The notes beneath the pieces are model-generated. The model did not search any database. It saw nothing but the letters and a program-made list of their open reading frames with translations, and was not told where the DNA came from. DNA of 64,000 nt from Nemertoderma westbladi (lineage: Eukaryota > Animalia > Xenacoelomorpha): NCBI GenBank assembly GCA_032718475.1, contig JAUCBJ010008070.1, positions 27,932 through 91,931 of the forward strand. The letters are read 5' to 3'. The position numbers and the translations under genes were made by a program. Positions 24,872-39,318 of this stretch are shown one piece after another (the stretch's first letter is position 1; the number at the start of each line of letters is the position of its first letter).

Positions 24872-25940
24872 AAGACCGTTGTCAATTTGTCAAAAATTTT
24901 GACAAATTGGCAATTTGCGTGAGGCCCCTCAAAGCCTGTCTCAATTGATTTTATTAGTAATTGATAATTATAGTCTAATTTAGCCGCGACTTTTATGTCT
25001 TCTATTACAGGATCAGGGAAATGGTGAGTTTCACCTGAATTCGTTCCTGCTATCATTATTGTAACGGCATTCAGTATAATATTAGCGGTCATGTACCCAG
25101 TCGTGTTGTTAGTTTCAGTTTCGGGGTCATCGACCGGTGCTCTGGATAAGGCATCAGGTATTTTATTATCTGAACCTTTCCGCCATTTAACAACAAAATT
25201 GTAGCTGCTGAGCTTCATTTTGTGATTGAGTAAGCGCACATTATCTATTGTGTCTAATGTTTGTTTGTTGTAAATGGACACTAAAGGACTGTGATCGGTA
25301 ATTACTGTATACAATGCTAGGCCAGTAAGATAGATGCGACACTTCTGAGTTGCCCAGAGTATTGCAAGGGACTCTAGCTCTACCATCGCATATCTAGACT
25401 CCGCGTCTGATATAAAACGCGAGCCACATTGAATTAGTTTAAAACATTCGTCTTGTTTCTGTAACAAGGCATATCCTAGGCCACCTTTATGTGCCGCATC
25501 TACTTCTAAAACAATTTCGGCCTTGGGGTCAAAATTGGATAAAATTGGCGTAGATGATAAAGCAATTTTCATATTGTCAAATGCTTTCTGGTGGTTTGGT
25601 GTCCACAAAAATTGATTTTTTGTTTTCAGTATATCTCTCAAAGGACTAGCTATTAAACTTATTTCGGCCGAAAAGTGGCCCAACTGTTGTACTAAACCCA
25701 TAAAGGATCGAAGTTCGGTTCTATTGGTAGGTGTAGGGAATTGACTAATCCCTTTTACCTTCACTGGGTCTGCTTTTATTCCCTCTTGCGACACTATATA
25801 ACCTGCAAAATTCATTTCACTTTGGGCGAATTTGAGTTTTTTTTGGTTTATAGTGATATTATATTTCATGCAACGTTCTAAAACGTTACAAACATTTCGG
25901 ACGTGGTCCTGAAAGTTTACATTATAAATTATAATATTGG
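24850..25940 (-). pseudogene. Gypsy RT C-terminus and RNase H
   Basis: FAGYIVS, ELRSFMGL, EVDAA, YAMVELE, TDHSPL, DALSR; starts just after where the YxDD motif should be. Confidence 0.9.
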
Positions 25941-28900
25941 TTATTGGCTATAACCATAGGATGGCACCACTCGGTAGGTTTATCGCCTGCTGGTTTGATA
26001 ATGTTCCATTTAATTAAATTATCTATTTCAGCTTTTACTTGGTCTCGCTGTGCAAATGGAATAGGGCGTGCTCCGTGCACTGCGTACGGTATTGCGTCCT
26101 TTTTAAGGTATATTGTCATAGGCTTACCTACATCTGTACCGGACATTTGTTTCAGTTCAGTATTATTGAAAAATACGTCTGAATATATGTCCGAGAGTTT
26201 ATTATGAACTCTCTCAATTTCGCATTTGTTGGGAGAAATAGGCAATTGGTTAATCCATTTTTCTCTTGCGTCATGTTTAAAAGTTTCACTTACGTTTAAT
26301 TTAACGTCGTCAAGTGATCGAATTATTTCCTTCTTTTGGTTAATATTCGATCCAACTTGATCATTGGGGACAGAGGTATTGGTAACATGTATAGGTAAGT
26401 TACACTGGCAAAAGGCAGCTGCATTGGCAAAAAGTGGCGGTGGGTTCGGAAAATGTTTAGAAACTATATCTAATGCCTTACAAACAGATAGTGATAAATA
26501 TAAACGCGGAATGCCGTCACATATTTTCACACTTTCTATTACAGACCGACCACTAATTTTGAGACAGACCTTTATCTGGCCCAATTGTTTAATATCTTTA
26601 CCATTTATACTGACTAACCGTTCTATAGACGGTTCCTGGAGGTCTGTTTCGTTTAAATTTAATGACCTCAAGAATGTCATGTTTGCAACTGTGCGTTGGG
26701 ACCCGGTATCAGGTACTGCCTGACTATAACCAAATAATTTATCCGTTTCGGGATGGCATATCCCTACGGAAATGAGTGGCGGGTCCTCGAAATCGACCGG
26801 CGCTACTCGAACAGCTGCTTGTTCTACAGCTCCTAGGGATTTATTACGACATACGTTAGCGAAATGGTTAAGTTTATGGCACACACTACACTTTTCCCCT
26901 TTCGCTGGACACCTTTTAAAGTTAGTATGACTATATCCACATTTGGTACAAGGTTTCTTATCCTGATTTCCGGAATTCCGTTCCGGAGATGGAGACCGGT
27001 TTCTCCCGGCGCTCGTAGATCTTCTGGAAAAATATTTATTTTTCCGATATTGATTCGAAGAGGATCCTGACTTTGAAGTCGCTCCCGCCAAACTAGTGTT
27101 CTTGAAGGACCGTGGGCCAGGACTTTCTTAACTTTGTCCTTGTATATTCGCGCCGCTTCTTCGGTCCGACAAAATTTAATAGTCGCCTCATGGTTTAAAG
27201 GCGGTGATTTCGCCAGGAGATCCTGTCTGATTTCGTCGTTTTGAATTCCAACGGTGATCAATGTCGACATCCATTCGTCGTCTCCCATCTCTTGTAACGC
27301 TGCAGTGTTGGCCAATTCGCTCAAACGAGTATAAAAGTTGTCGAACTTTTCCATCTCGTGTTGTCGGCACAACGTAAGTTCCAATCTGTCGAGGGCTATA
27401 TTCTGTTTTTCGCGCAGATATATTTCCAAGTTGTTTAGGACTTCAACAAGTGGTTAGGGATGTGGTTTGGGGAATCCGTACGACATATTCGAGTTTCGAT
27501 AAGAATGCCGGCGAACAGTATCCGAAAAATGTAGATACCTGCTCGTCTCTCGGCTGTCGGGATAGTTGAACAACTTTCGCGTAGTTATTCCAGGTCTTTC
27601 TCCATCTCTGGAACATCGTTATATCGACATCTTCTTCGAGATTGGGAGGTCGGTTTACGGGTGCTCGAGGTGCATTGTCCGTTTTACTTGGTGCTGGTGG
27701 GAATTAGATTAGTTGCAGGGGTTAAGAAACGAGACCACATAACGCCAACCTTACATGCACTTCACTGGTTACCTGTATGTCGCCGAATAGAATACAAAAT
27801 TGCATTGATAACGTATAAATGTCTACACGGTATGGCACCTGATTATTTGACGAAACGGCTGACCCCATACGCTCCTACTAGAAACTTACGGTCCAGTGAG
27901 CTAGAGTTGCTCCAACCCTCGCACTATAGACTTACCCACTATGGCAAGAGGGCATTCTCCGTCGCTGCTCCCACCATATGGAACTCACTGCCTGTGGAAC
28001 TCCGACAAACCGTTACAATCAGAGCATTTAAGAAAAAGTTAAAAACGCATTATTTTAAATTGGAATATAACAATGATTAATTTTTTATACGCAATGCATT
28101 TTTTAAACTCAATATTCAATTTACTTCCAGTTTTATCACATACGTCGAATTTGTTTTAGATAACTCCACCAGCGTTCTTTTTCAATCACCCTTCGCATTC
28201 ATTAGTTTCAACTCGGCCAGCCCTTATGTTTGTTCTTAACCCAGATCTTGTCCGTTTTTTAATTAACGCATATTTTTTAATTCATTGATTGCTTTAAGTT
28301 GAAGCGCCTAGAATATATAGCCCATAGAATTACAGCATCTTGAATAGTATCGCCAATAACATTTTAACTTCAATTGATCGTTTTTAATCATGTTTTTAAG
28401 TTACAACCCATGTTTTTAGCTAACTGTTTAACGTAATTTAGTATTTAGTATATTTGGTCTGTATATTGTGGTTGTATTGTGCAGTTCTGTTGTACCAAGC
28501 GCCTTGATCTACTGCACTTTTGTAAAGGCGCTATATAAATCATTATTATTATTATATTATTATTATTATTATAATCCTCCGGTACCGGAAGCAGTCGTCC
28601 TACTTCCTTCATTCATAGATCTACAGTCTTCCTGGTTTTGTGCAATCACCATCTTGACGTCAGACTTTATTTGTAATAATTCGGTAGTGCATTGGTCATA
28701 ATGGGTATACTCGTCAGTGAGATCCAACTGAGTTCCATCCATCGCCATTAATGATTCACCAAGATGGTCATATGCAACTTCCAGTTTTAAGAGCTGTTTT
28801 TCCAGGTCGTTAACCAACAGAGGGTGGCGATTTACCGGATCGATGCGGTTTAAATCGCGAATACTTGATATACACAAATTTACGGCCCGAGTGAAACTTC

Positions 28901-28967
28901 CCTTGAAACCACCGAGTTTCCGCTTTAGGTGTTTCATCCCCTCGAGGTCCATAATTGAATTCCTCAC
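25922..28967 (-). pseudogene. Gypsy gag-protease and RT N-terminus, frameshifted and interrupted by L2
   Basis: Gag pieces 28967-28569, ~27703-27450 and 27429-27100. Knuckles CTKCGYSH...C and CSVCHKLNHFANVC. Protease PDTGS. RT start PTEWCHPMVI. Confidence 0.88.
27706..28570 (+). mobile_element. 5'-truncated L2-clade LINE 3' end inserted in Gypsy gag
   Basis: RDHITPTLHALHWLP...YKCLHGMAPDYL...RAFSVAAPTIWNSLP; 3' end AAGGCGCTATATAAAT followed by an (ATT)n tail. Confidence 0.9.
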
Positions 28968-29095
28968 AGTTGTTCCTTCCCTATTGCAGTATTGGATTTA
29001 CTGTTTGGTCGGTTATCGTTTCTGGTGGGTTTGTAGGTATCGGTACTGGTATGTTATCCTGGAACGACCGAACTGCTACCCTACTCGCAGCGCCA

Positions 29096-29322
29096 TGAAA
29101 TGATTGTCTGGTTTAAGATCTTGCATATCGGTATTATATTTGAACTCAGTTCATAAGATATAAGAGTACATATACTACTGTACTACCGAAGCACTACTGC
29201 ACTCAAATACCCCAACACCAGTATCTCGCTATCCCCAAGCCTAATACAGTCCTCCTAGGCCCAACCTCAAGGGGCGAGCCATATGAATTGGTGAGTCTCC
29301 TCCTTATCACCTAATTCCATCA
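29096..29322 (-). repeat. Gypsy 5' LTR (227 bp)
   Basis: Direct repeat of 23536-23764; PBS adjacent at ~29079-29095. Confidence 0.95.
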
Positions 29323-32300
29323 GTTAGTAGTAGCAGTACCACGGATTAGGAACACATGAAGACCCGGTTAGTAGTAGCAGTACCACTGATTAGGAACACA
29401 TGAAGACCCGGTTAGTAGTAGCAGTACCATGGATTAGGAACACATGAAAACCCGGTTAGTAGTAGCAGTACCATGGATTAGGAACACATGAAGACCCGGT
29501 TAGTACTGTAGTAGCAGTACCACGGATTAGGAACACATGAAGACCCGGTTAGTAGTAGCAGTACCACGGATTAGGAACACATAAAGACCCGGTTAGTAGT
29601 AGCAGTACCATTGATTAGGAACACATGAAGACCCGGTTAGTAGTAGCAGTACCACTGATTAGGAACACATGAAGACCCGTTTAGTAGTAGCAGTACCACG
29701 GATTAGGAACACATGAAGAACCGGTTAGTAGTAGCAGTACCACTGATTAGGAACACATGAAGACCCGTTTAGTAGTAGCAGTACCACGGATTAGGAACAC
29801 ATGAAGAACCGGTTAGTAGTAGCAGTACCACGGATTAGGAACACATGAAGACCCGGTTAGTAGTAGCAGTACCACGGATTAGGAACACATGAAGACCCGG
29901 TTAGTAGTAGCAGTACCACGGATTAGGAACACATGAAGACCCGGTTAGTAGTAACAGTACCACGGATTAGGAACACATAAAGACCCGATTAGTAGTAACA
30001 GTACCACGGATTAGGAACACATGAAGACCCGATTAGTAGTAGCAGTACCACGGATTAGGAACACATGAAGACCCGATTAGTAGTAGCAGTACCACGGATT
30101 AGGAACACATGAAGACCCGGTTAGTAGTAGCAGTACCTCGGATTAGGAACACATGAAGACCCGGTTAGTAGTAGCAGTACCACGAATTAGGAACACATAA
30201 AGACCCGATTAGTAGTAGCAGTACCACGGATTAGGAACACATGAAGACCCGGTTAGTAGTAGCAGTACCACGAATTAGGAACACATGAAGACCCGATTAG
30301 TAGTAGCAGTACCTCGGATTAGGAACACATGAAGACCCGGTTAGTAGTAGCAGTACCACTGATTAGGAACACATGAAGACCCGATTAGTAGTAGCAGTAC
30401 CACTGATTAGGAACACATGAAGACCCGTTTAGTAGTAGCAGTACCACGGATTAGGAACACATGAAGACCCGATTAGTAGTAGCAGTACCACGGATTAGGA
30501 ACACACGAAGACCCGGTTAGTAGTAGCAGTACCACGGATTAGGAACACATGAAGACCCGGTTAGTAGTAGCAGTACCACTGATTAGGAACACATGAAGAA
30601 CCGGTTAGTAGTAGCAGTACCACTGATTAGGAACACATAAAGACCCGGTTAGTAGTAGCAGTACCACGGATTAGGAACACATGAAGAACCGGTTAGTAGT
30701 AGCAGTACCACGGATTAGGAACACATGAAGACCCGGTTAGTAGTAGCAGTACCACTGATTAGGAACACATGAAGACCCGTTTAGTAGTAGCAGTACCACG
30801 GATTAGGAACACATGAAGACCCGATTAGTAGTAGCAGTACCTCGGATTAGGAACACATGAAGACCCGGTTAGTAGTAGCAGTACCTCGGATTAGGAACAC
30901 ATGAAGACCCGGTTAGTAGTAGCAGTACCACGGATTAGGAACACATGAAGACCCGGTTAGTAGTAGCAGTACCACTGATTAGGAACACATGAAGACCCGT
31001 TTAGTAGTAGCAGTACCACTGATTAGGAACACATGAAGACCCGTTTAGTAGTAGCAGTACCACGGATTAGGAACACATGAAGACCCGATTAGTAGTAGCA
31101 GTACCTCGGATTAGGAACACATGAAGACCCGGTTAGTAGTAGCAGTACCACGGATTAGGAACACATGAAGACCCGGTTAGTAGTAGCAGTACCACGAATT
31201 AGGAACACATGAAGACCCGGTTAGTAGTAGCAGTACCACGAATTAGGAACACATGAAGACCCGATTAGTAGTAGCAGTACCTCGGATTAGGAACACATGA
31301 AGACCCGGTTAGTAGTAGCAGTACCACTGATTAGGAACACATGAAGACCCGATTAGTAGTAGCAGTACCACTGATTAGGAACACATGAAGACCCGTTTAG
31401 TAGTAGCAGTACCACGGATTAGGAACACATGAAGACCCGATTAGTAGTAGCAGTACCACGGATTAGGAACACACGAAGACCCGGTTAGTAGTAGCAGTAC
31501 CACGGATTAGGAACACATGAAGACCCGGTTAGTAGTAGCAGTACCACTGATTAGGAACACATGAAGAACCGGTTAGTAGTAGCAGTACCACTGATTAGGA
31601 ACACATGAAGAACCGGTTAGTAGTAGCAGTACCACTGATTAGGAACACATAAAGACCCGGTTAGTAGTAGCAGTACCACGGATTAGGAACACATGAAGAA
31701 CCGGTTAGTAGTAGCAGTACCACGGATTAGGAACACATGAAGACCCGGTTAGTAGTAGCAGTACCACTGATTAGGAACACATGAAGACCCGTTTAGTAGT
31801 AGCAGTACCACGGATTAGGAACACATGAAGACCCGATTAGTAGTAGCAGTACCTCGGATTAGGAACACATGAAGACCCGGTTAGTAGTAGCAGTACCTCG
31901 GATTAGGAACACATGAAGACCCGGTTAGTAGTAGCAGTACCACGGATTAGGAACACATGAAGACCCGATTAGTAGTAGCAGTACCTCGGATTAGGAACAC
32001 ATGAAGACCCGGTTAGTAGTAGCAGTACCTCGGATTAGGAACACATGAAGACCCGGTTAGTAGTAGCAGTACCACGGATTAGGAACACATGAAGACCCGG
32101 TTAGTAGTAGCAGTACCACGGATTAGGAACACATGAAGACCCGATTAGTAGTAGCAGTACCTCGGATTAGGAACACATGAAGACCCGGTTAGTAGTAGCA
32201 GTACCTCGGATTAGGAACACATGAAGACCCGGTTAGTAGTAGCAGTACCACGGATTAGGAACACATGAAGACCCGATTAGTAGTAGCAGTACCACGGATT

Positions 32301-35300
32301 AGGAACACACAAAGACCCGGTTAGTAGTAGCAGTACCATTGATTAGGAACACACGAAGACCCGGTTAGTAGTAGCAGTACCATGGATTAGGAACACATGA
32401 AGACCCGATTAGTAGTAGCAGTACCACTGATTAGGAACACATGAAGAACCGGTTAGTAGTAGCAGTACCACTGATTAGGAACACATGAAGAACCGGTTAG
32501 TAGTAGCAGTACCACTGATTAGGAACACATGAAGAACCGGTTAGTAGTAGCAGTACCACTGATTAGGAACACATGAAGACCCGGTTAGTAGTAGCAGTAC
32601 CACTGATTAGGAACACATGAAGAACCGGTTAGTAGTAGCAGTACCACTGATTAGGAACACATGAAGAACCGGTTAGTAGTAGCAGTACCACTGATTAGGA
32701 ACACATGAAGAACCGGTTAGTAGTAGCAGTACCACTGATTAGGAACACATGAAGAACCGGTTAGTAGTAGCAGTACCACTGATTAGGAACACATAAAGAC
32801 CCGGTTAGTAGTAGCAGTACCACGGATTAGGAACACATGAAGAACCGGTTAGTAGTAGCAGTACCACGGATTAGGAACACATGAAGACCCGGTTAGTAGT
32901 AGCAGTACCACTGATTAGGAACACATGAAGACCCGTTTAGTAGTAGCAGTACCACGGATTAGGAACACATGAAGACCCGATTAGTAGTAGCAGTACCTCG
33001 GATTAGGAACACATGAAGACCCGGTTAGTAGTAGCAGTACCTCGGATTAGGAACACATGAAGACCCGGTTAGTAGTAGCAGTACCACGGATTAGGAACAC
33101 ATGAAGACCCGATTAGTAGTAGCAGTACCTCGGATTAGGAACACATGAAGACCCGGTTAGTAGTAGCAGTACCTCGGATTAGGAACACATGAAGACCCGG
33201 TTAGTAGTAGCAGTACCACGGATTAGGAACACATGAAGACCCGGTTAGTAGTAGCAGTACCACGGATTAGGAACACATGAAGACCCGATTAGTAGTAGCA
33301 GTACCTCGGATTAGGAACACATGAAGACCCGGTTAGTAGTAGCAGTACCTCGGATTAGGAACACATGAAGACCCGGTTAGTAGTAGCAGTACCACGGATT
33401 AGGAACACATGAAGACCCGATTAGTAGTAGCAGTACCACGGATTAGGAACACACAAAGACCCGGTTAGTAGTAGCAGTACCATTGATTAGGAACACACGA
33501 AGACCCGGTTAGTAGTAGCAGTACCATGGATTAGGAACACATGAAGACCCGATTAGTAGTAGCAGTACCACTGATTAGGAACACATGAAGAACCGGTTAG
33601 TAGTAGCAGTACCACTGATTAGGAACACATGAAGACCCGTTTAGTAGTAGCAGTACCACGGATTAGGAACACATGAAGACCCGGTTAGTAGTAGCAGTAC
33701 CACGGATTAGGAACACATGAAGAACCGGTTAGTAGTAGCAGTACCACTGATTAGGAACACATGAAGACCCGTTTAGTAGTAGCAGTACCACGGATTAGGA
33801 ACACATGAAGACCCGGTTAGTAGTAGCAGTACCACGGATTAGGAACACATGAAGACCCGTTTAGTAGTAGCAGTACCACTGATTAGGAACACATGAAGAC
33901 CCGGTTAGTAGTAGCAGTACCACGGATTAGGAACACATGAAGAACCGGTTAGTAGTAGCAGTACCACTGATTAGGAACACATGAAGACCCGTTTAGTAGT
34001 AGCAGTACCATGGATTAGGAACACATGAAGACCCGATTAGTAGTAGCAGTACCACTGATTAGGAACACATGAAGAACCGGTTAGTAGTAGCAGTACCACT
34101 GATTAGGAACACATGAAGACCCGTTTAGTAGTAGCAGTACCACGGATTAGGAACACATGAAGACCCGGTTAGTAGTAGCAGTACCACGGATTAGGAACAC
34201 ATGAAGACCCGTTTAGTAGTAGCAGTACCACTGATTAGGAACACATGAAGACCCGTTTAGTAGTAGCAGTACCACGGATTAGGAACACATGAAGACCCGG
34301 TTAGTAGTAGCAGTACCACGGATTAGGAACACATGAAGACCCGGTTAGTAGTAGCAGTACCACGGATTAGGAACACATGAAGAACCGGTTAGTAGTAGCA
34401 GTACCACTGATTAGGAACACATGAAGAACCGGTTAGTAGTAGCAGTACCACTGATTAGGAACACATGAAGACCCGTTTAGTAGTAGCAGTACCACGGATT
34501 AGGAACACATGAAGAACCGGTTAGTAGTAGCAGTACCACTGATTAGGAACACATGAAGACCCGTTTAGTAGTAGCAGTACCACGGATTAGGAACACATGA
34601 AGACCCGGTTAGTAGTAGCAGTACCACGGATTAGGAACACACGAAGACCCGGTTAGTAGTAGCAGTACCACTGATTAGGAACACATGAAGACCCGGTTAG
34701 TAGTAGCAGTACCATTGATTAGGAACACATGAAGACCCGGTTAGTAGTAGCAGTACCATGGATTAGGAACACATGAAGACCCGATTAGTAGTAGCAGTAC
34801 CACTGATTAGGAACACATGAAGAACCGGTTAGTAGTAGCAGTACCACTGATTAGGAACACATGAAGACCCGTTTAGTAGTAGCAGTACCACTGATTAGGA
34901 ACACATAAAGACCCGGTTAGTAGTAGCAGTACCACGGATTAGGAACACATGAAGAACCGGTTAGTAGTAGCAGTACCACGGATTAGGAACACATGAAGAC
35001 CCGGTTAGTAGTAGCAGTACCACTGATTAGGAACACATGAAGACCCGTTTAGTAGTAGCAGTACCACGGATTAGGAACACATGAAGACCCGATTAGTAGT
35101 AGCAGTACCTCGGATTAGGAACACATGAAGACCCGGTTAGTAGTAGCAGTACCTCGGATTAGGAACACATGAAGACCCGGTTAGTAGTAGCAGTACCACG
35201 AATTAGGAACACATAAAGACCCGATTAGTAGTAGCAGTACCTCGGATTAGGAACACATGAAGACCCGGTTAGTAGTAGCAGTACCACGGATTAGGAACAC

Positions 35301-38300
35301 ATGAAGAACCGGTTAGTAGTAGCAGTACCACGGATTAGGAACACACGAAGACCCGGTTAGTAGTAGCAGTACCACGAATTAGGAACACATAAAGACCCGG
35401 TTAGTAGTATCAGTGCCACGGATTAGGAACACATGAAGAACCGGTTAGTAGTAGCAGTACCACTGATTAGGAACACATGAAGACCCGATTAGTAGTAGCA
35501 GTACCACTGATTAGGAACACATGAAGACCCGTTTAGTAGTAGCAGTACCACGAATTAGGAACACATAAAGACCCGGTTAGTAGTAGCAGTACCACTGATT
35601 AGGAACACATGCAGACCCGGTTAGTAGTAGCAGTGCCACGGATTAGGAACACACGAAGACCCGGTTAGTAGTAGCAGTACCACGAATTAGGAACACATAA
35701 AGACCCGGTTAGTAGTATCAGTGCCACGGATTAGGAACACATGAAGACCCGGTTAGTAGTAGCAGTACCACGGATTAGGAACACATAAAGACCCGGTTAG
35801 TAGTATCAGTGCCACGAATTAGGAACACATAAAGACCCGGTTAGTAGTATCAGTGCCACGGATTAGGAACACATAAAGACCCGGTTAGTAGTATCAGTGC
35901 CACGGATTAGGAACACATGAAGACCCGGTTAGTAGTAGCAGTACCACGGATTAGGAACACACGAAGACCCGGTTAGTAGTAGCAGTACCACGAATTAGGA
36001 ACACATAAAGACCCGGTTAGTAGTATCAGTGCCACGGATTAGGAACACATGAAGAACCGGTTAGTAGTAGCAGTACCACGAATTAGGAACACATAAAGAC
36101 CCGGTTAGTAGTATCAGTGCCACGGATTAGGAACACATGAAGAACCGGTTAGTAGTAGCAGTACCACTGATTAGGAACACATAAAGACCCGGTTAGTAGT
36201 AGCAGTACCACGAATTAGGAACACATAAAGACCCGGTTAGTAGTATCAGTGCCACGGATTAGGAACACACGAAGACCCGGTTAGTAGTAGCAGTACCACG
36301 AATTAGGAACACATAAAGACCCGGTTAGTAGTATCAGTGCCACGGATTAGGAACACATGAAGAACCGGTTAGTAGTAGCAGTACCACTGATTAGGAACAC
36401 ATAAAGACCCGGTTAGTAGTATCAGTGCCACGAATTAGGAACACATAAAGACCCGGTTAGTAGTATCAGTGCCACGGATTAGGAACACACGAAGACCCGG
36501 TTAGTAGTAGCAGTACCACGAATTAGGAACACATAAAGACCCGGTTAGTAGTATCAGTGCCACGGATTAGGAACACATGAAGAACCGGTTAGTAGTAGCA
36601 GTACCACTGATTAGGAACACATAAAGACCCGGTTAGTAGTAGCAGTACCACGAATTAGGAACACATGAAGACCCGGTTAGTAGTAGCAGTACCACGAATT
36701 AGGAACACATAAAGACCCGGTTAGTAGTAGCAGTACCACGGAATAGGAACACATAAAGACCCGGTTAGTAGTATCAGTGCCACGGATTAGGAACACACGA
36801 AGACCCGGTTAGTAGTAGCAGTACCACGAATTAGGAACACATAAAGACCCGGTTAGTAGTATCAGTGCCACGGATTAGGAACACATGAAGACCCGGTTAG
36901 TAGTAGCAGTACCACGGATTAGGAACACACGAAGACCCGGTTAGTAGTAGCAGTACCACGAATTAGGAACACATAAAGACCCGGTTAGTAGTATCAGTGC
37001 CACGGATTAGGAACACATGAAGAACCGGTTAGTAGTAGCAGTACCACTGATTAGGAACACATAAAGACCCGGTTAGTAGTAGCAGTACCACGAATTAGGA
37101 ACACATGAAGACCCGGTTAGTAGTAGCAGTACCACGAATTAGGAACACATAAAGACCCGGTTAGTAGTAGCAGTACCACGGATTAGGAACACATAAAGAC
37201 CCGGTTAGTAGTAGCAGTACCACGGATTAGGAACACATAAAGACCCGGTTAGTAGTAGCAGTACCACGAATTAGGAACACATAAAGACCCGGTTAGTAGT
37301 ATCAGTGCCACGGATTAGGAACACATGAAGAACCGGTTAGTAGTAGCAGTACCACTGATTAGGAACACATAAAGACCCGGTTAGTAGTAGCAGTACCACG
37401 AATTAGGAACACATGAAGACCCGGTTAGTAGTAGCAGTACCACGAATTAGGAACACATAAAGACCCGGTTAGTAGTAGCAGTACCACAGATTAGGAACAC
37501 ATGAAGAACCGGTTAGTAGTAGCAGTGCCACGGATTAGGAACACATGAAGAACCGGTTAGTAGTAGCAGTACCACGGATTAGGAACACATAAAGACCCAG
37601 TTAGTAGTAGCAGTGCCACGGATTAGGAACACATGAAGAACCGGTTAGTAGTAGCAGTACCACGGATTAGGAACACATAAAGACCCGGTTAGTAGTAGCA
37701 GTACCACTGATTAGGAACACATAAAGACCCGGTTAGTAGTAGCAGTACCACGAATTAGGAACACATGAAGACCCGGTTAGTAGTAGCAGTACCACGAATT
37801 AGGAACACATGAAGACCCGGTTAGTAGTAGCAGTGCCACGAATTAGGAACACATGAAGACCCGGTTAGTAGTAGCAGTACCACGGATTAGGAACACATGA
37901 AGAACCGGTTAGTAGTAGCAGTACCACTGATTAGGAACACATGAAGACCCGATTAGTAGTAGCAGTACCACTGATTAGGAACACATAAAGACCCGGTTAG
38001 TAGTAGCAGTACCACGGATTAGGAACACATGAAGACCCGGTTAGTAGTAACAGTACCACGGATTAGGAACACATAAAGACCCGATTAGTAGTAACAGTAC
38101 CACGGATTAGGAACACATGAAGACCCGATTAGTAGTAGCAGTACCACGGATTAGGAACACATGAAGACCCGATTAGTAGTAGCAGTACCACGGATTAGGA
38201 ACACATGAAGACCCGGTTAGTAGTAACAGTACCACGGATTAGGAACACATAAAGACCCGATTAGTAGTAACAGTACCACGGATTAGGAACACATAAAGAC

Positions 38301-39318
38301 CCGATTAGTAGTAGCAGTACCACTGATTAGGAACACATGAAGACCCGATTAGTAGTAGCAGTACCACGGATTAGGAACACATGAAGACCCGGTTAGTAGT
38401 AGCAGTACCATTGATTAGGAACACATAAAGACCCGGTTAGTAGTAGCAGTACCATTGATTAGGAACACATGAAGACCCGGTTAGTAGTAGCAGTACCACG
38501 AATTAGGAACACATGAAGACCCGATTAGTAGTAGCAGTACCACGAATTAGGAACACATGAAGACCCGGTTAGTAGTAGCAGTGCCACGGATTAGGAACAC
38601 ATGAAGAACCGGTTAGTAGTAGCAGTACCACGGATTAGGAACACACAAAGACCCGGATAGTAGTAGCAGTACCATGGATTAGGAACACATGAAGACCCGG
38701 TTAGTAGTAGCAGTACCACGGATTAGGAACACATAAAGACCCGGTTAGTAGTAGCAGTACCACGGATTAGGAACACATAAAGACCCGGTTAGTAGTAGCA
38801 GTACCACAGATTAGGAACACATGAAGAACCGGTTAGTAGTAGCAGTGCCACGGATTAGGAACACATGAAGAACCGGTTAGTAGTAGCAGTACCACGGATT
38901 AGGAACACATAAAGACCCGGTTAGTAGTAGCAGTACCTCGGATTAGGAACACATGAAGACCCGGTTAGTAGTAACAGTACCACTGATTAGGAACACATGA
39001 AGACCCGATTAGTAGTAGCAGTACCACGGATTAGGAACACATAAAGACCCGGTTAGTAGTAGCAGTACCACAGATTAGGAACACATGAAGAACCGGTTAG
39101 TAGTAGCAGTGCCACGGATTAGGAACACATGAAGAACCGGTTAGTAGTAACAGTGCCACGGATTAGGAACACATGTAGAACCGGTTAGTAGTAGCAGTAC
39201 CACGGATTAGGAACACATAAAGACCCGGTTAGTAGTAGCAGTACCACAGATTAGGAACACATGAAGAACCGGTTAGTAGTAGCAGTGCCACGGATTAGGA
39301 ACCCATGAAGAACCGGTT

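Larger units (their letters stand above)
23536..29322 (-). mobile_element. Ty3/Gypsy LTR retrotransposon (Mag-like), defective
   Basis: LTRs 23536-23764 and 29096-29322 (TGA...TCA) differ only by a 2-bp TA indel. PBS TGGCGCTGCGAGTAGGG (tRNA-Ser-like) directly after the 5' LTR. PPT AATGGGGGGA. TSD CTTAG/GTTAG. Order gag-PR-RT-RH-IN. Confidence 0.95.
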
